A stretch of DNA of 62,664 nucleotides, the filler included, from Circinaria calcarea (lineage: Eukaryota): NCBI GenBank assembly GCA_051942165.1. It is 9 parts of 9 records of this genome, joined end to end, with 100 filler letters (N's around TTAATTAATTAA, not from the genome) between each part and the next. Parts side by side here need not be neighbours in the genome. Positions count along the whole stretch, not along the records: positions 34,900 to 41,770 come from JAVECS010001469.1; positions 41,871 to 48,740 come from JAVECS010001470.1; 7 more parts are not named here. One strand, written 5' to 3'. Positions 35,781 through 46,086 of this stretch are shown in pieces. The position numbers and the translations under genes were made by a program. The notes beneath the pieces were generated by a model. The model had not been told where the DNA came from, did no database searches, and saw only the letters and a list, made by a program, of their open reading frames with translations. How positions within the stretch are numbered: position 1 is the first letter of the stretch; each line of letters opens with the position of its first letter.

Positions 35781-37496
35781 CTACTCCATTGCCCACGCCT
35801 TCTCTCCATCTTCTTCCCAAACCGGGGCCGGATGCACACTATCCATCATCAGACTATCTGGGAGCAGCTGGCTATCAGTCAATGGTTTCCCATCCCAAAC
35901 GGCTGAGTTCTGGCTCCCATGGTCGTTCTCGCTGCCGTTGAACGGTGATAAGGAGAAGTGAAAGGGTTGAAATGACGAGCGTGTAGTTACACCGAAGGGT
36001 GCTTGGGTCAAGTCGGCGGTAGTAGCTTGGGATGGAGGAATTGGTAACCGAGGCAGAGCAGGAGGTGGTAGTGGTATCTCGGAAGTGGCCGCGTGGTAGG
36101 AGTCGGGACCTTCAGGCTGTGCAGATGTATCTTCGTCATCTGGGCTGAGAAGACGATTGGGGGGGCAGTAATCGTGGAAAAAAATTTCGAATTGGGACTC
36201 CGTTTCTAGAATAGGGCGATGGTTCTTGGGTTGAGTAAGGTGCCGGAGTTCATTAGTCAACTGAGCAGAGGCTTCGGCGGAGTAGGATTGAGATTTAGAA
36301 GGTGTAATCGGGCTGGAATTCGGCGGGCGGGGTTGATGATTGTCCTTTGGCTCCTTCTGAGATAATTTAATGGATTGCATGGGTTCTCTCCATGTGTTGT
36401 CGTGAGTCTCTTCCAATAATTGGCCAGGCTCATTAGTCCTAGGAATAGATTTTGGTCCAGATTCTACCGCCTTCGGCATCAGGAGACGAGCTTTGTCCTT
36501 GTCCATCGACTCCGTTGCCTCGTCAAATGACCAAGCATCTCCAGCACCCAGATCATCGGAAGATATCCCTGCGTGAACTAACGCGGCCTGCGTTTCATTG
36601 CCAACACCAAACTTGATATCCTCTTGATTTTCTGGTTCCTCTTCTCCATCACCGTCAACTGAGTCCTCGATTTCTACCTTGATATTCTGGATGCCATGAT
36701 ATGCCGAGAGTTCTTCAACTTGATCTTGAGACTCTTCCGACATGAGCCCTCTTTGCGACGGCTCGGATAGTTGTAAGGGAAATCCACTTTTGTCCAGAGA
36801 CATTTCACCCGTAAAGCGCACTTGAGCAGACAACTCACTTCCCTCACTTTCGTGGTCGAAGGTATCCCTTATCTCAAGCTTCGGTACAAAGTTGACCTTC
36901 TTCCCCACCCCGGATTGCAGCCGCTGTATGATCGCAGAATTAGTAGACCTCTCTTTCAACGGCGATCTTGAAATACTCCTAATCGACTGTCGGCTTCGCG
37001 TAGAAAGTGGTGTAGCCGTAGATTCTGAAGATGGTATCTCTGTTTTTCTTATGGTCCGTGGTGTTTTAGGAGGTGGCATAGCTGTTTCGGCCGGTACCGT
37101 CAAGGGATTGTCGGCTTCTTGGTGATATCGTCTTTCCCCAGTGTTGTCTTTAGGTCCATCATCTCCATCGTCTCCTTCTGCTTCCTCTTTGACGGATCTT
37201 CGTGTGGCAGCCCTTGTCAATACCGTTCGCGGGGTTGCGGGCATCGTCTTCCGCTTCTTTCGTGCCCTAGGTTCATCTTCTTCACCAATAAGCGCAAGCT
37301 CGTCTTCATCAGCTGGATGAAATCGTTGGACAAAGTCGATCTGCGTAAGGGTCTGTTGCCTAGCACTGGGGGTTGATAACGAGACGTTCCTGGCAGAGAC
37401 CGTGCGATTCCGAGGGGTGAAATGCGTCTGCTTGGGTCTCGTAGTAGTTTCATAGACTCGCCCTGCCGGCTGTCGTTTCTTTCGTCGGGTTGGCAT
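35781..37496 (-). CDS. Hypothetical 571-aa, probably disordered nuclear protein, divergent from RAD4
   Basis: Long uninterrupted ORF with basic NLS-like motifs (RRKKR, RKKRK), QQTLTQIDFV, EIPSSE and a C-terminal LTDSQLLPDSLM. Confidence 0.8.
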   Translation of the reverse strand: MPTRRKKRQPAGRVYETTTRPKQTHFTPRNRTVSARNVSLSTPSARQQTLTQIDFVQRFHPADEDELALIGEEDEPRARKKRKTMPATPRTVLTRAATRRSVKEEAEGDDGDDGPKDNTGERRYHQEADNPLTVPAETAMPPPKTPRTIRKTEIPSSESTATPLSTRSRQSIRSISRSPLKERSTNSAIIQRLQSGVGKKVNFVPKLEIRDTFDHESEGSELSAQVRFTGEMSLDKSGFPLQLSEPSQRGLMSEESQDQVEELSAYHGIQNIKVEIEDSVDGDGEEEPENQEDIKFGVGNETQAALVHAGISSDDLGAGDAWSFDEATESMDKDKARLLMPKAVESGPKSIPRTNEPGQLLEETHDNTWREPMQSIKLSQKEPKDNHQPRPPNSSPITPSKSQSYSAEASAQLTNELRHLTQPKNHRPILETESQFEIFFHDYCPPNRLLSPDDEDTSAQPEGPDSYHAATSEIPLPPPALPRLPIPPSQATTADLTQAPFGVTTRSSFQPFHFSLSPFNGSENDHGSQNSAVWDGKPLTDSQLLPDSLMMDSVHPAPVWEEDGEKAWAME

Positions 37497-37971
37497 GGCT
37501 TACGAGCTCCGGTTGTATTTCTTGTTCGGTGTCTATTCTATCGAGTCTGAGACGCGATTGGGTTTACGCGACGAAATCGCCAAAGGACGTCATAGGGCTG
37601 GAATGAGCCGCTCTATTTTGTAAGACAAAGCTTACCAATGCAGTAATAGTATCTCTATAACCTTTAGCTGTCAAGTAATGGGTTTCTGTATTCCGTGTTT
37701 GATTCCGTATATACAGTTCCGCGATGAAGAGTCTTTATCCAAGACCTTAAGATATACCATATCTTTGGGTTCAAGCCGCCTTGCATCGTGTCCTCTACGC
37801 CCAAAGGGAAATACGCCACCCTAATGTGTTTTAATTATTTTCTAATGTACCTTTACGTGTGAATAGAGCTGTATTGTCCTTTGCTCCTGTTTGGGTGTTT
37901 CGAAAGTGTCACGTTCTGTCTCCTTGGACCATTTTCAGGTTACTTCATATTACATTTTCCCTATAACTAAA

Positions 37972-40900
37972 ATGGCGCGAGGTCGCGGCAAACGTGCTGG
38001 ACGTCAAAGTGCAGGTGGTCCAAGGAGAAGAGAAGCAAACCCGATGCCCGGCGCCTTACCTAAGGTGTATCAGGACATGCTGGCTGATGCTGTTCCCTCA
38101 TTAGCAACCAGAACAAGTGACGAGGGGAAGACAGTCAAGAGACGCCGAGTCGGGGGTCGTGTGATATTACTCGGCCAGGTTGCTGCATCTGACAATGCTA
38201 CAGACACAGGGTCAGATACTGCGCGTGATACTGATCTAGAAAGGAAGCACGTCCGTGAGGGGAAGGCTCCCCAGCAGATCGTGTATAACGAATCGGAGGA
38301 CTCTGCAGATAGTGATTTTGCTTGGGAAGAAGTTGACCTTGGGGACGATTCGAAGGTGGATATCTCTGCTGAGGATGGTAAAATTGATAGTGAAGGATTA
38401 GATCTCGTCCTCAATGCTGGAGATACCAACGCTCAGAAGCGTATTGGCAAGAGGAGGAAGCCAGCATCTGCTGCTGATCGCAAAATGAGACTTGAGATTC
38501 ACAAATTGCATCTGCTCACTCTTCTTGTCCATGTCCACCTGCGCAATGATTGGTGCAATGATGAACAAGCCCAGGTGTGCTATAGTTTATGCCCTTGTGT
38601 TTCCTGTAGCTAATTACTCCCAGGCTGTCTTGAACAAGCTCCTATCCAAGCGGAATATTTCTTACTTGGACCCTGACGAGAAGCAGTCGCAGTTCCAAAT
38701 GTCTCGGTCCTTTATGGATGGCCTTAATCAAGCCAGTGAAATATTCAAAAATAAATTCCAAGTTAGTGCAAGAGGAATGAGTAGACCATACTGGGCCGAA
38801 GACGCCAAAAGCCTCGCAGAAGTACGTGAACTTAGCCATACATCTTCAGACTCATTGCTATAGAGGCTCTAGACTGACCTCGAGTTATGAAGTGTAATCT
38901 CCCAGACGATATTGAATTGCCAACTCAGAGATCAGACTTTCAGGAGACCGCGTCCAAGCTCAAAGCGTCCCGTGATATCGGGGCTCAACTCTTTTGCGCT
39001 CTTCTGCGTTCAGCTGGTGTTGAGGCAAGATTAGTCTGTTCACTACAGCTATTGCCCTTTGCAGTGACTTCGAAAGGCACCACGCCGCAAAAACCCAAAA
39101 TGCTCGTTATGGCAGATCCGGGTAATATGACGACAAGTGGCGATGAAAGTGCTGCAGATACAGGTAGCGATACCTCCATCCGTACTGCCGCGTCGATTGG
39201 TTCGACTGGTATTCCTGCTCAGATCAGATCGAGGCTTGCCACAAGACTAGGCCGGGTACCACCAACAGCGGGAAATGCTCCTGCTAGTACACAGGAACCA
39301 CCTAAAAGTAAGAATTTCCCAGTATTTAGAAGACAGAAACTGATAGTAAGTAGAACCTCGGCGAAAGCGTATCCGTGAATCTCCATATCCTGTGTACTGG
39401 GTCGAGGCGTTCAACCGCGCGGTTCAAAAGTGGGTCCCTATTGATCCTCTTGTAACTAACACTATTGCAAAGCCTTCTCGGTTTGAGCCTCCTGCTAGCG
39501 ATCCGGAAAACAATATGACCTATGTCATAGCATTCGAAGAGGACGGATCAGCGAAAGATGTTACAAGAAGATATGCGAAAGCTTACAATGCGAAAACGAG
39601 AAGGGGTCGTGTCGAAAGCACGAAAGGAGGTGAGAAATGGTTGCGTAGAGTACTGAGGAATTATGAGAGGGCCCAGGATCTTGATCGAGATCAGGTTGAA
39701 GATGCCGAACTCGCGGCAAAAGAAGCTGCAGAGGAAATGCCAAGGAACGTGCAAGATTTCAAAGATCATCCGTACTATGCATTAGAGCGGCATCTGAGGA
39801 GAAATGAGGTTATACATCCGAAGAAAGAAGTGGGGAAAGTATCGACGGGCAAGTCGTTGAGTGATAACGGCAAGACATTAGAACCTATCTATCGCAGGCG
39901 AGATGTGCATCTAGTTAAAAGCGCAGACAGCTGGTATAGACTTGGCAGAGAAATCAAGGTTGGCTTTGCACGACAATTTTTACCAGATGGCTATTGATGT
40001 GCTTCTAGGCCGGTGAACAGCCTTTGAAAAGGGTCCGACCTCGACGAAGGGTTGAACGAATGTCCGATGACGAAGTCTCCGGTGTAGAGGAGAATGCTGG
40101 AACGGCCATGTACGCTGGTTTCCAGACTGTCGCATATCAAGCACCGCCTGTTGTTAATGGCAGGATACCAAAGAACGTTTACGGAAATCTTGATATCTAT
40201 GTCCCAAGCATGGTCCCTCCAGGGGGTTTCCACATATCTCATCCTGAGACAGCCAAGGCAGCTAAGATTCTTGGTATCGACTATTCGGACGCGGTTACTG
40301 GTTTCGAGTTTAAAGGACGGCATGGTACTGCCGTTGTCAAAGGTGCGGTCATAGCAATGGAGTTTCAAGAGGCAATCGAAGAGGTCATTCGAGGCTTCGA
40401 GGATGAGAGAGCACAGGCTGAAGAGGCAAGGCGCAGCTCGGAAGCATTGCGGATGTGGAAGAGGTTCTTGGCTGGACTAAGGATCAGGGAGAGAATTGAT
40501 GGGTATGATGTTGAGGGTGAAAGAGATGCTGTACGAAAAGAAATGGATGAAGTGGATGAGGATATTGAGGAGGATGAGATGGGAGGTGGCTTCATACCTG
40601 ACGTCAATGAAGAAGCAGTTCCAGAGCCCACCTTTGGACGGTCCGGTCGGAGATATGTTGTAGAAGACGATGAGGGAATGGGAGGGTTTGAAAGGGAGGG
40701 CTATATTGGTGATCTGAATCCACTCCACCAAGATCCGGCAGAGTCCACCACGTTTGAAGAACAAGGCATCAGTGCAGTAGACTATGGAGGATCTGGTGGT
40801 GGCTTTGTCCCAGAGGATAATGATGATGGCGGAGAAGATGGGGATGCCGAGGAAGCTTTGAGAGCAGCACAGGAGAATGGTTCAAACATTTACGCAGGAG

Positions 40901-41406
40901 ATAATCCCGCCCTACCACCACGCTCGATTGTGAGAAGTACCATCCCCCCCGAGCTACCCAACCAGTCCAACAGCGGTGGAGGTTTTCTACTCGAAGAACA
41001 CAAGGAGCAAAGCGCAAGCGACGACAAGCCGATTCTTCCTGTACACCAAACATTGGCAGCCGATGAGCTTGAAGAAGCACTCATGCTACAACGTCTCCAC
41101 GAGTCCGCGAACCAGCCTTTACCTAATGACGCAAGGCACAACCAGAGCAACCTCCTTCCAACAATTCCAGAACAATCTCTCCCATCACCCACCGAGAATG
41201 TGGATACCTCTAGTCGAAGGAGATCTGATCCATCTCTAGACGTTGAGAATGCCTTGCAGCCGCAGACACCGCCCGAGGCAGTGGAGATGGAGACGGAGAT
41301 GGAGACGGAGACAGCGATGCCGGTAGGAAGCGAGGAGGAGGATAAGGGATCTCTGCTGTCGGAGGACCCGTCGGATGAGGATGCGGATCCGGAATGGCTT
41401 GCATAG
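37972..41406 (+). CDS. RAD4: Nucleotide excision repair damage sensor Rad4/XPC
   Basis: RLEIHKLHLLTLL..RNDWCND, SRDIGAQLFCALLRSAGVEARLVCSLQ, YWVEAFN, KDVTRRYAK, DFKDHPYYALERHL, GRIPKNVYGNLDIY and AVTGFEFK. Confidence 0.94.
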
Positions 41407-41770
41407 TTTTTTTTATATGTGCCTCTTCTTTCTGTATGTTAATGGTTCGGTTCCGTGGTACTGCTCAACTTGGTAGTAGCTCCGCATGGTTGACCTTTTT
41501 TTTTTTTTTTGGAATCGGCGCTTGTTTTGCTATTCTATTCTCCAGAATCCTTCGAACGGAGAGTTAATCGCTGTCACTTTTTTTTCTTCCCCCATATTCT
41601 TTAAGGTGATTGAATTACCTAGGTCAATATCCCCTCCCCTCATCCCATCCCATCCCATCCGCGGCCCCTTTCCCTACAGCTACCAACCTGTCTATCCTTG
41701 AATTTTTATCAGACGTAAAGGGTCACGGATGAATATTCGTTCCTTGGAGCCCTTGCCCATTCCCCATTCC

Positions 41771-41870
41771 NNNNNNNNNNNNNNNNNNNNNNNNNNNNNN
41801 NNNNNNNNNNNNNNTTAATTAATTAANNNNNNNNNNNNNNNNNNNNNNNNNNNNNNNNNNNNNNNNNNNN
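41771..41870. other. Artificial contig linker
   Basis: N run with TTAATTAATTAA. Confidence 0.98.
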
Positions 41871-42798
41871 TTCTTCCCATACCCCTTCTCTGCCTGCCTT
41901 CGCCTCCAGCATTTTCTCTACCCTCCACCCCACTCGCTCTCCCTTCCCCTTCCAATCTCCGCCTTAGCCCCTCGAACCCTTCACCCTGCCTTCGTTCCCC
42001 AACGAGCCAGCCGGCAACCCTCCAAGCCATCAGCTTCTCCGGCAAGATATCGTTCCTCCACGCAACGCCTATACCCCATCCCACAGCAGCACCGAGTAAG
42101 CTTCCTGGAACTTGCGAGAGTGCAAGCTGAGAGGCTAGCAGATAGGTAAGTGATTTGTCGCTAAAGACAATTCCTTCCGGGGGATTGCTGTTGGATGAGG
42201 AGGCGGCTATGCGGTACTTGTAGACATGGGGAATAGTGGCATGATACTGAGCGAGGAGGGCAAAAAGCAGAGGTGTGGGCCCCGCAGGGAGATAATTCAC
42301 GGTGTTGATTGAAAGGGGCCTTAGTACCAGCGCGAGTAGAAGGGGGGGAAGCAAGGTCGTGGCAGGAAATAGGGTAAGGAGGAAGGACTGAGATACGAAT
42401 CTGTTAGCTGGGAAAGAATCAACAAGAAAAGGAAGAAAAGTACCGCGAATTTACTGGAGCCCCAAAGGCGTTCAATGATGCGCATATGGTAAATCGTCAT
42501 GGCCGCGAATAGAAGCTCTGTCGAGTTTGTATAGCATGTCTACATATATACGTACATTCATGAGCCTCCCACACCGTAACAGCAGTGCGAGACAGTTCAA
42601 GCCCACTGGCCCTCGGGTTGGAGCACTAACCTGCCATATCAGCAATCGCCAGACTTGCCTATATCGCCAGAGGTGGGGGACGACCTGAATATAGAAGTAA
42701 TGCTTGGAATCAGTGATGCTGACAGCAATCGACGAAGTGATGATACCGAAGAGGATGGCCTTGGAGACAGGCGCATTGGTGAAGCCTGAAGACAACAT
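41871..42798 (-). CDS. DSC2: Dsc E3 ligase complex subunit Dsc2 (rhomboid pseudoprotease), 3' truncated
   Basis: [69 protein letters not shown] and [13 protein letters not shown]. Confidence 0.82.
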
Positions 42799-43475
42799 GT
42801 CTGCCTAAGCTCCCCTCTAGGAATTGAAGCTTCCTTAGGAAATCCCAGGGTCACACAATGCAAGTACCGAGATACCAAATTCCCTAGTGCTCATTATCAT
42901 CGGCGTTTCGTAGATGTTGTCGCCGCTCGGAACTCTCGGTTTCCGAACCCTCCGCACGGAAACGTTGCACTCTCACGTGGAATCGAGGTCAGCCCTGGAA
43001 GCTGACGCTGACGCCGACTGTTACGAGGCCCGAGGCTATTCCCTCTCCATGTGTTCTGCAAGACTTGAACACGTTGTGCCTACAGGAGTACGTACTCCAT
43101 ACTCCGTATTCCGTACTCCGCAACCAAAGCTCCGCCGCAAGAAGACGTCTGTCTGCCTCCTCTAGAGCAATGGTCAAGATCGGGTAAGTTCTGCGCAGCC
43201 GCGCCCATTGACACCCTTGTTCTCAAACATGTAATCAAGTGGCAGCAGGCACGGCTGTATGGACGGTTCGCACCTGGCATCTTCCTGATCCTTTGGAGCT
43301 GCAGTTACATACTTTAGTCAGGTTGTGGGGCACCGGCTATCTTGGCAAGTCTGCGCATTCCTCTGAGCTTACTCACTATTGTTGGCTGTTGATATAGTCG
43401 GACCTCACCTTCTGGCTTTCCGTTACTGTCCCATTTACACTGTCTGTCAATCGGGGAGGCGCATCTCCATATCAT

Positions 43476-45296
43476 ATGTCTTATATTTCAACTCCGGCCG
43501 CTGTTGCGGCTCCTTCTCACCATTATGAGTTTTGTTTCGTCGCTGCATCTATCATGAACCCCAATTACAGTCTCTCTTACCCACTGCAGTATCTTCAAGC
43601 ACCATTGCAAGCCTTAAAGGCTTTCACAACAGGTAGCCCAGCCATAGCAGACCCGGAAACAAGTACTGTTAGCATGGAAAGTTCCGAAGACGAGCACAAT
43701 ACCGAAAAAGAATTCGCATTACCATCGAAAGCCGCCTTACCACCCGCTGCAGTATCCGCAATAAACAGTAAGCCAATTCCGGTACCAAGACCAAAGACTT
43801 CCCTCCAACTTGCACACCCACCGCCAGCCTCGAAGCACAAACACCGCCTAAAGGTCCGCCCAAGGCTATTACTTCAATTGCGACAGATCTCAGACAAGGC
43901 TCGGCCTGTACCTGCCTTCGATATCCTACCCTCCATCCTTTTTACATCAAAGCTTGCGAGACGGTTCTCTCGAATCCTCAACGGCCGTACGGGTCTAGGA
44001 GTGGATGATCTCGTTATCGTTAAAAGTCAGACTTACGATCGCTCGCATAAACTGGAAAGGGGGGTGGATGAGTCCTCGGACGAAGAAGGTTGGGAGAATA
44101 GAGAGGTTATAGCTGCCATATGTCAGACCAACAAGTCAGAGAATGAGCTTCCAGACCAAACAGACATATGTTTGAGTGATGGTCCACCCTGGATAGCGTC
44201 TTCATTAGGAAACGGTGGTTACGAATTCATATCGCTTGATAATAATGGGCAAAAAAAGATAGCTAGATGGATTCCAAGATCGAATCATCACGATCGTCGT
44301 CGAGCAAGCTCCAACCCTAACAACATGACCCGCACCGTACATTCCACTGAAAAGAAGTTTCACTTTAGTATACTCACCCCGGGCGTGCGGCGGCATCCGG
44401 TTATCGCTTCGCTGGACCGAATAAGTATTGATATCTTTGATCATTACATGATTCCGATGACTCCGTTGGGAACTTCAACACCGAACTCTCCAGCAGCCGC
44501 GTCCTACATCTCAGATTCCTCATACGAATCCTACTTCAACAGTTCAAGCATGCCACCTGTGCAGACCAATGCATACCTGAAGACACTCATCATGGTTACC
44601 GGGGTTTGGGTTGCTTTCGTGGAGGGTTGGTCGGAGAACTTCAAGTATGACAAAGATATGAGCGCGTCGAGATCTTCCTTCAGTAGTCATTCGCCTCTTA
44701 AGAGACGAGGGAACTCTGCAAGGTTAGACGCCTGTATTGAAAATCGTGCTCCCACACCGCAGAGCTTTGCGAGTGCTAGGTCTCGTTATGCGAGTTTGAA
44801 CATCCTGCACCGCCCATCTACTTCAATGGGTCGAACATCACCAAACCCAGATTCTGTTAGATCTCGTCAAAGAGCTGATTCGCTAGGAGCGCCGTTCCTG
44901 CAACCCATCCGAAACCAGAGTCTTGATTTGGCTGATCCGTCAAATGGTATATGCGCAGAGGACCCCGTCGCTGGTCACGACGCTTATCCTGCCCTAGCTA
45001 AACCTCCTGAACAATATAATGAGTTTGTCCTACCCGAACCACCCAAAACGTACGAATCGACCGAACACAAGTTGTCAAATGCTCATAAAGACGAGCTGTC
45101 TCACCTAAACTCAAATGGATTACTCCAGGCAGACTATAGGACCCCATCCACATCTATGGACGCCGACAGAGGCCACTACAATCTCGATACGAGTCAGCTA
45201 GTAGCGGTTGGAGGGTCCGTGTCAACCACGCCGAAAGTTAAAAAGCTTGGGAATCTGAATCGGTGGCGTAGTGTATTCAGCAAAAAGAAGAAATAA
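43476..45296 (+). CDS. Hypothetical fungal protein (about 600 aa)
   Basis: Long uninterrupted ORF with structured-looking blocks (PKTSLQLAHPPP, RPRLLLQLRQ..PVPAFDILPS, FHFSILTP..RRHPVIA, LIMVTGVWVAFVEGWS). Start codon uncertain. Confidence 0.8.
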   Translation: MSYISTPAAVAAPSHHYEFCFVAASIMNPNYSLSYPLQYLQAPLQALKAFTTGSPAIADPETSTVSMESSEDEHNTEKEFALPSKAALPPAAVSAINSKPIPVPRPKTSLQLAHPPPASKHKHRLKVRPRLLLQLRQISDKARPVPAFDILPSILFTSKLARRFSRILNGRTGLGVDDLVIVKSQTYDRSHKLERGVDESSDEEGWENREVIAAICQTNKSENELPDQTDICLSDGPPWIASSLGNGGYEFISLDNNGQKKIARWIPRSNHHDRRRASSNPNNMTRTVHSTEKKFHFSILTPGVRRHPVIASLDRISIDIFDHYMIPMTPLGTSTPNSPAAASYISDSSYESYFNSSSMPPVQTNAYLKTLIMVTGVWVAFVEGWSENFKYDKDMSASRSSFSSHSPLKRRGNSARLDACIENRAPTPQSFASARSRYASLNILHRPSTSMGRTSPNPDSVRSRQRADSLGAPFLQPIRNQSLDLADPSNGICAEDPVAGHDAYPALAKPPEQYNEFVLPEPPKTYESTEHKLSNAHKDELSHLNSNGLLQADYRTPSTSMDADRGHYNLDTSQLVAVGGSVSTTPKVKKLGNLNRWRSVFSKKKK

Positions 45297-46086
45297 GATT
45301 TGACGGAAAAATATCAGGTTCTTGAGGATTTCCACCGAAGTTATATGTGCTACTGTCAGAGCGGGCGTCATGGAGTTCCACGGTGCTTCGGGGACAGGTA
45401 GAAGGTACGAATAACGGCGTGGATGATAACGAGACATGAGGAAGTGCTTGTACAATTAGAATCTCACAGCTGTATAGCGTAAAGCTGTAATATCAGAGTA
45501 TCAGGACCCAATTCTGCCGCCTAACGGTGTTTCTGACAAGTATGGGTTTGACTGTGCAAAAGCATACAACTTGCCTTTCTTCAAGCGGAGCTTAACCATT
45601 CATATTTGATTATGGCTCATTTTCGCTGTCTGAAGGGACCATAGTTAGGTTCTACGTTAGAACCTTCACAACTGAAGGGGGCTAAATTATGGATCTTGAT
45701 ATCTGATCTTTGCCAGGCGGGCACGGTCCATGCGTTTTTCGCGTCAACAAGGATTTCTCTGTAAATCTTAGCACAACTTCAACCCATCATGATCAACTCA
45801 CATCAGTGAGTCGAAGAAGACTCCCCACGACAAATCGAAGCATCTCACTTATGTAGACTATCACGAAATAACGATAAGTCCGGCGTACGTTACAGTTCAC
45901 CTGGTGGTACTCGGCTCTCTTGAGTCTGAACGAAGTGAACCTCGGTGCACAATAAATATCGAAATCTGACTGCACCAAAGCAATCTGAGTCTTGGTGAAA
46001 GCTTACTGCTCCGAATAGTCCCCTATCAAACACGCAGCTTCAGATAACGTTCAACTTTATCGATAGAAGAATTGACGAGTCTGAGG

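Noticed and set aside
43081..43122. TACTCCG-type heptamer tandem upstream of DSC2
   Set aside because: Short low-complexity motif common in fungal intergenic DNA; no function can be supported.
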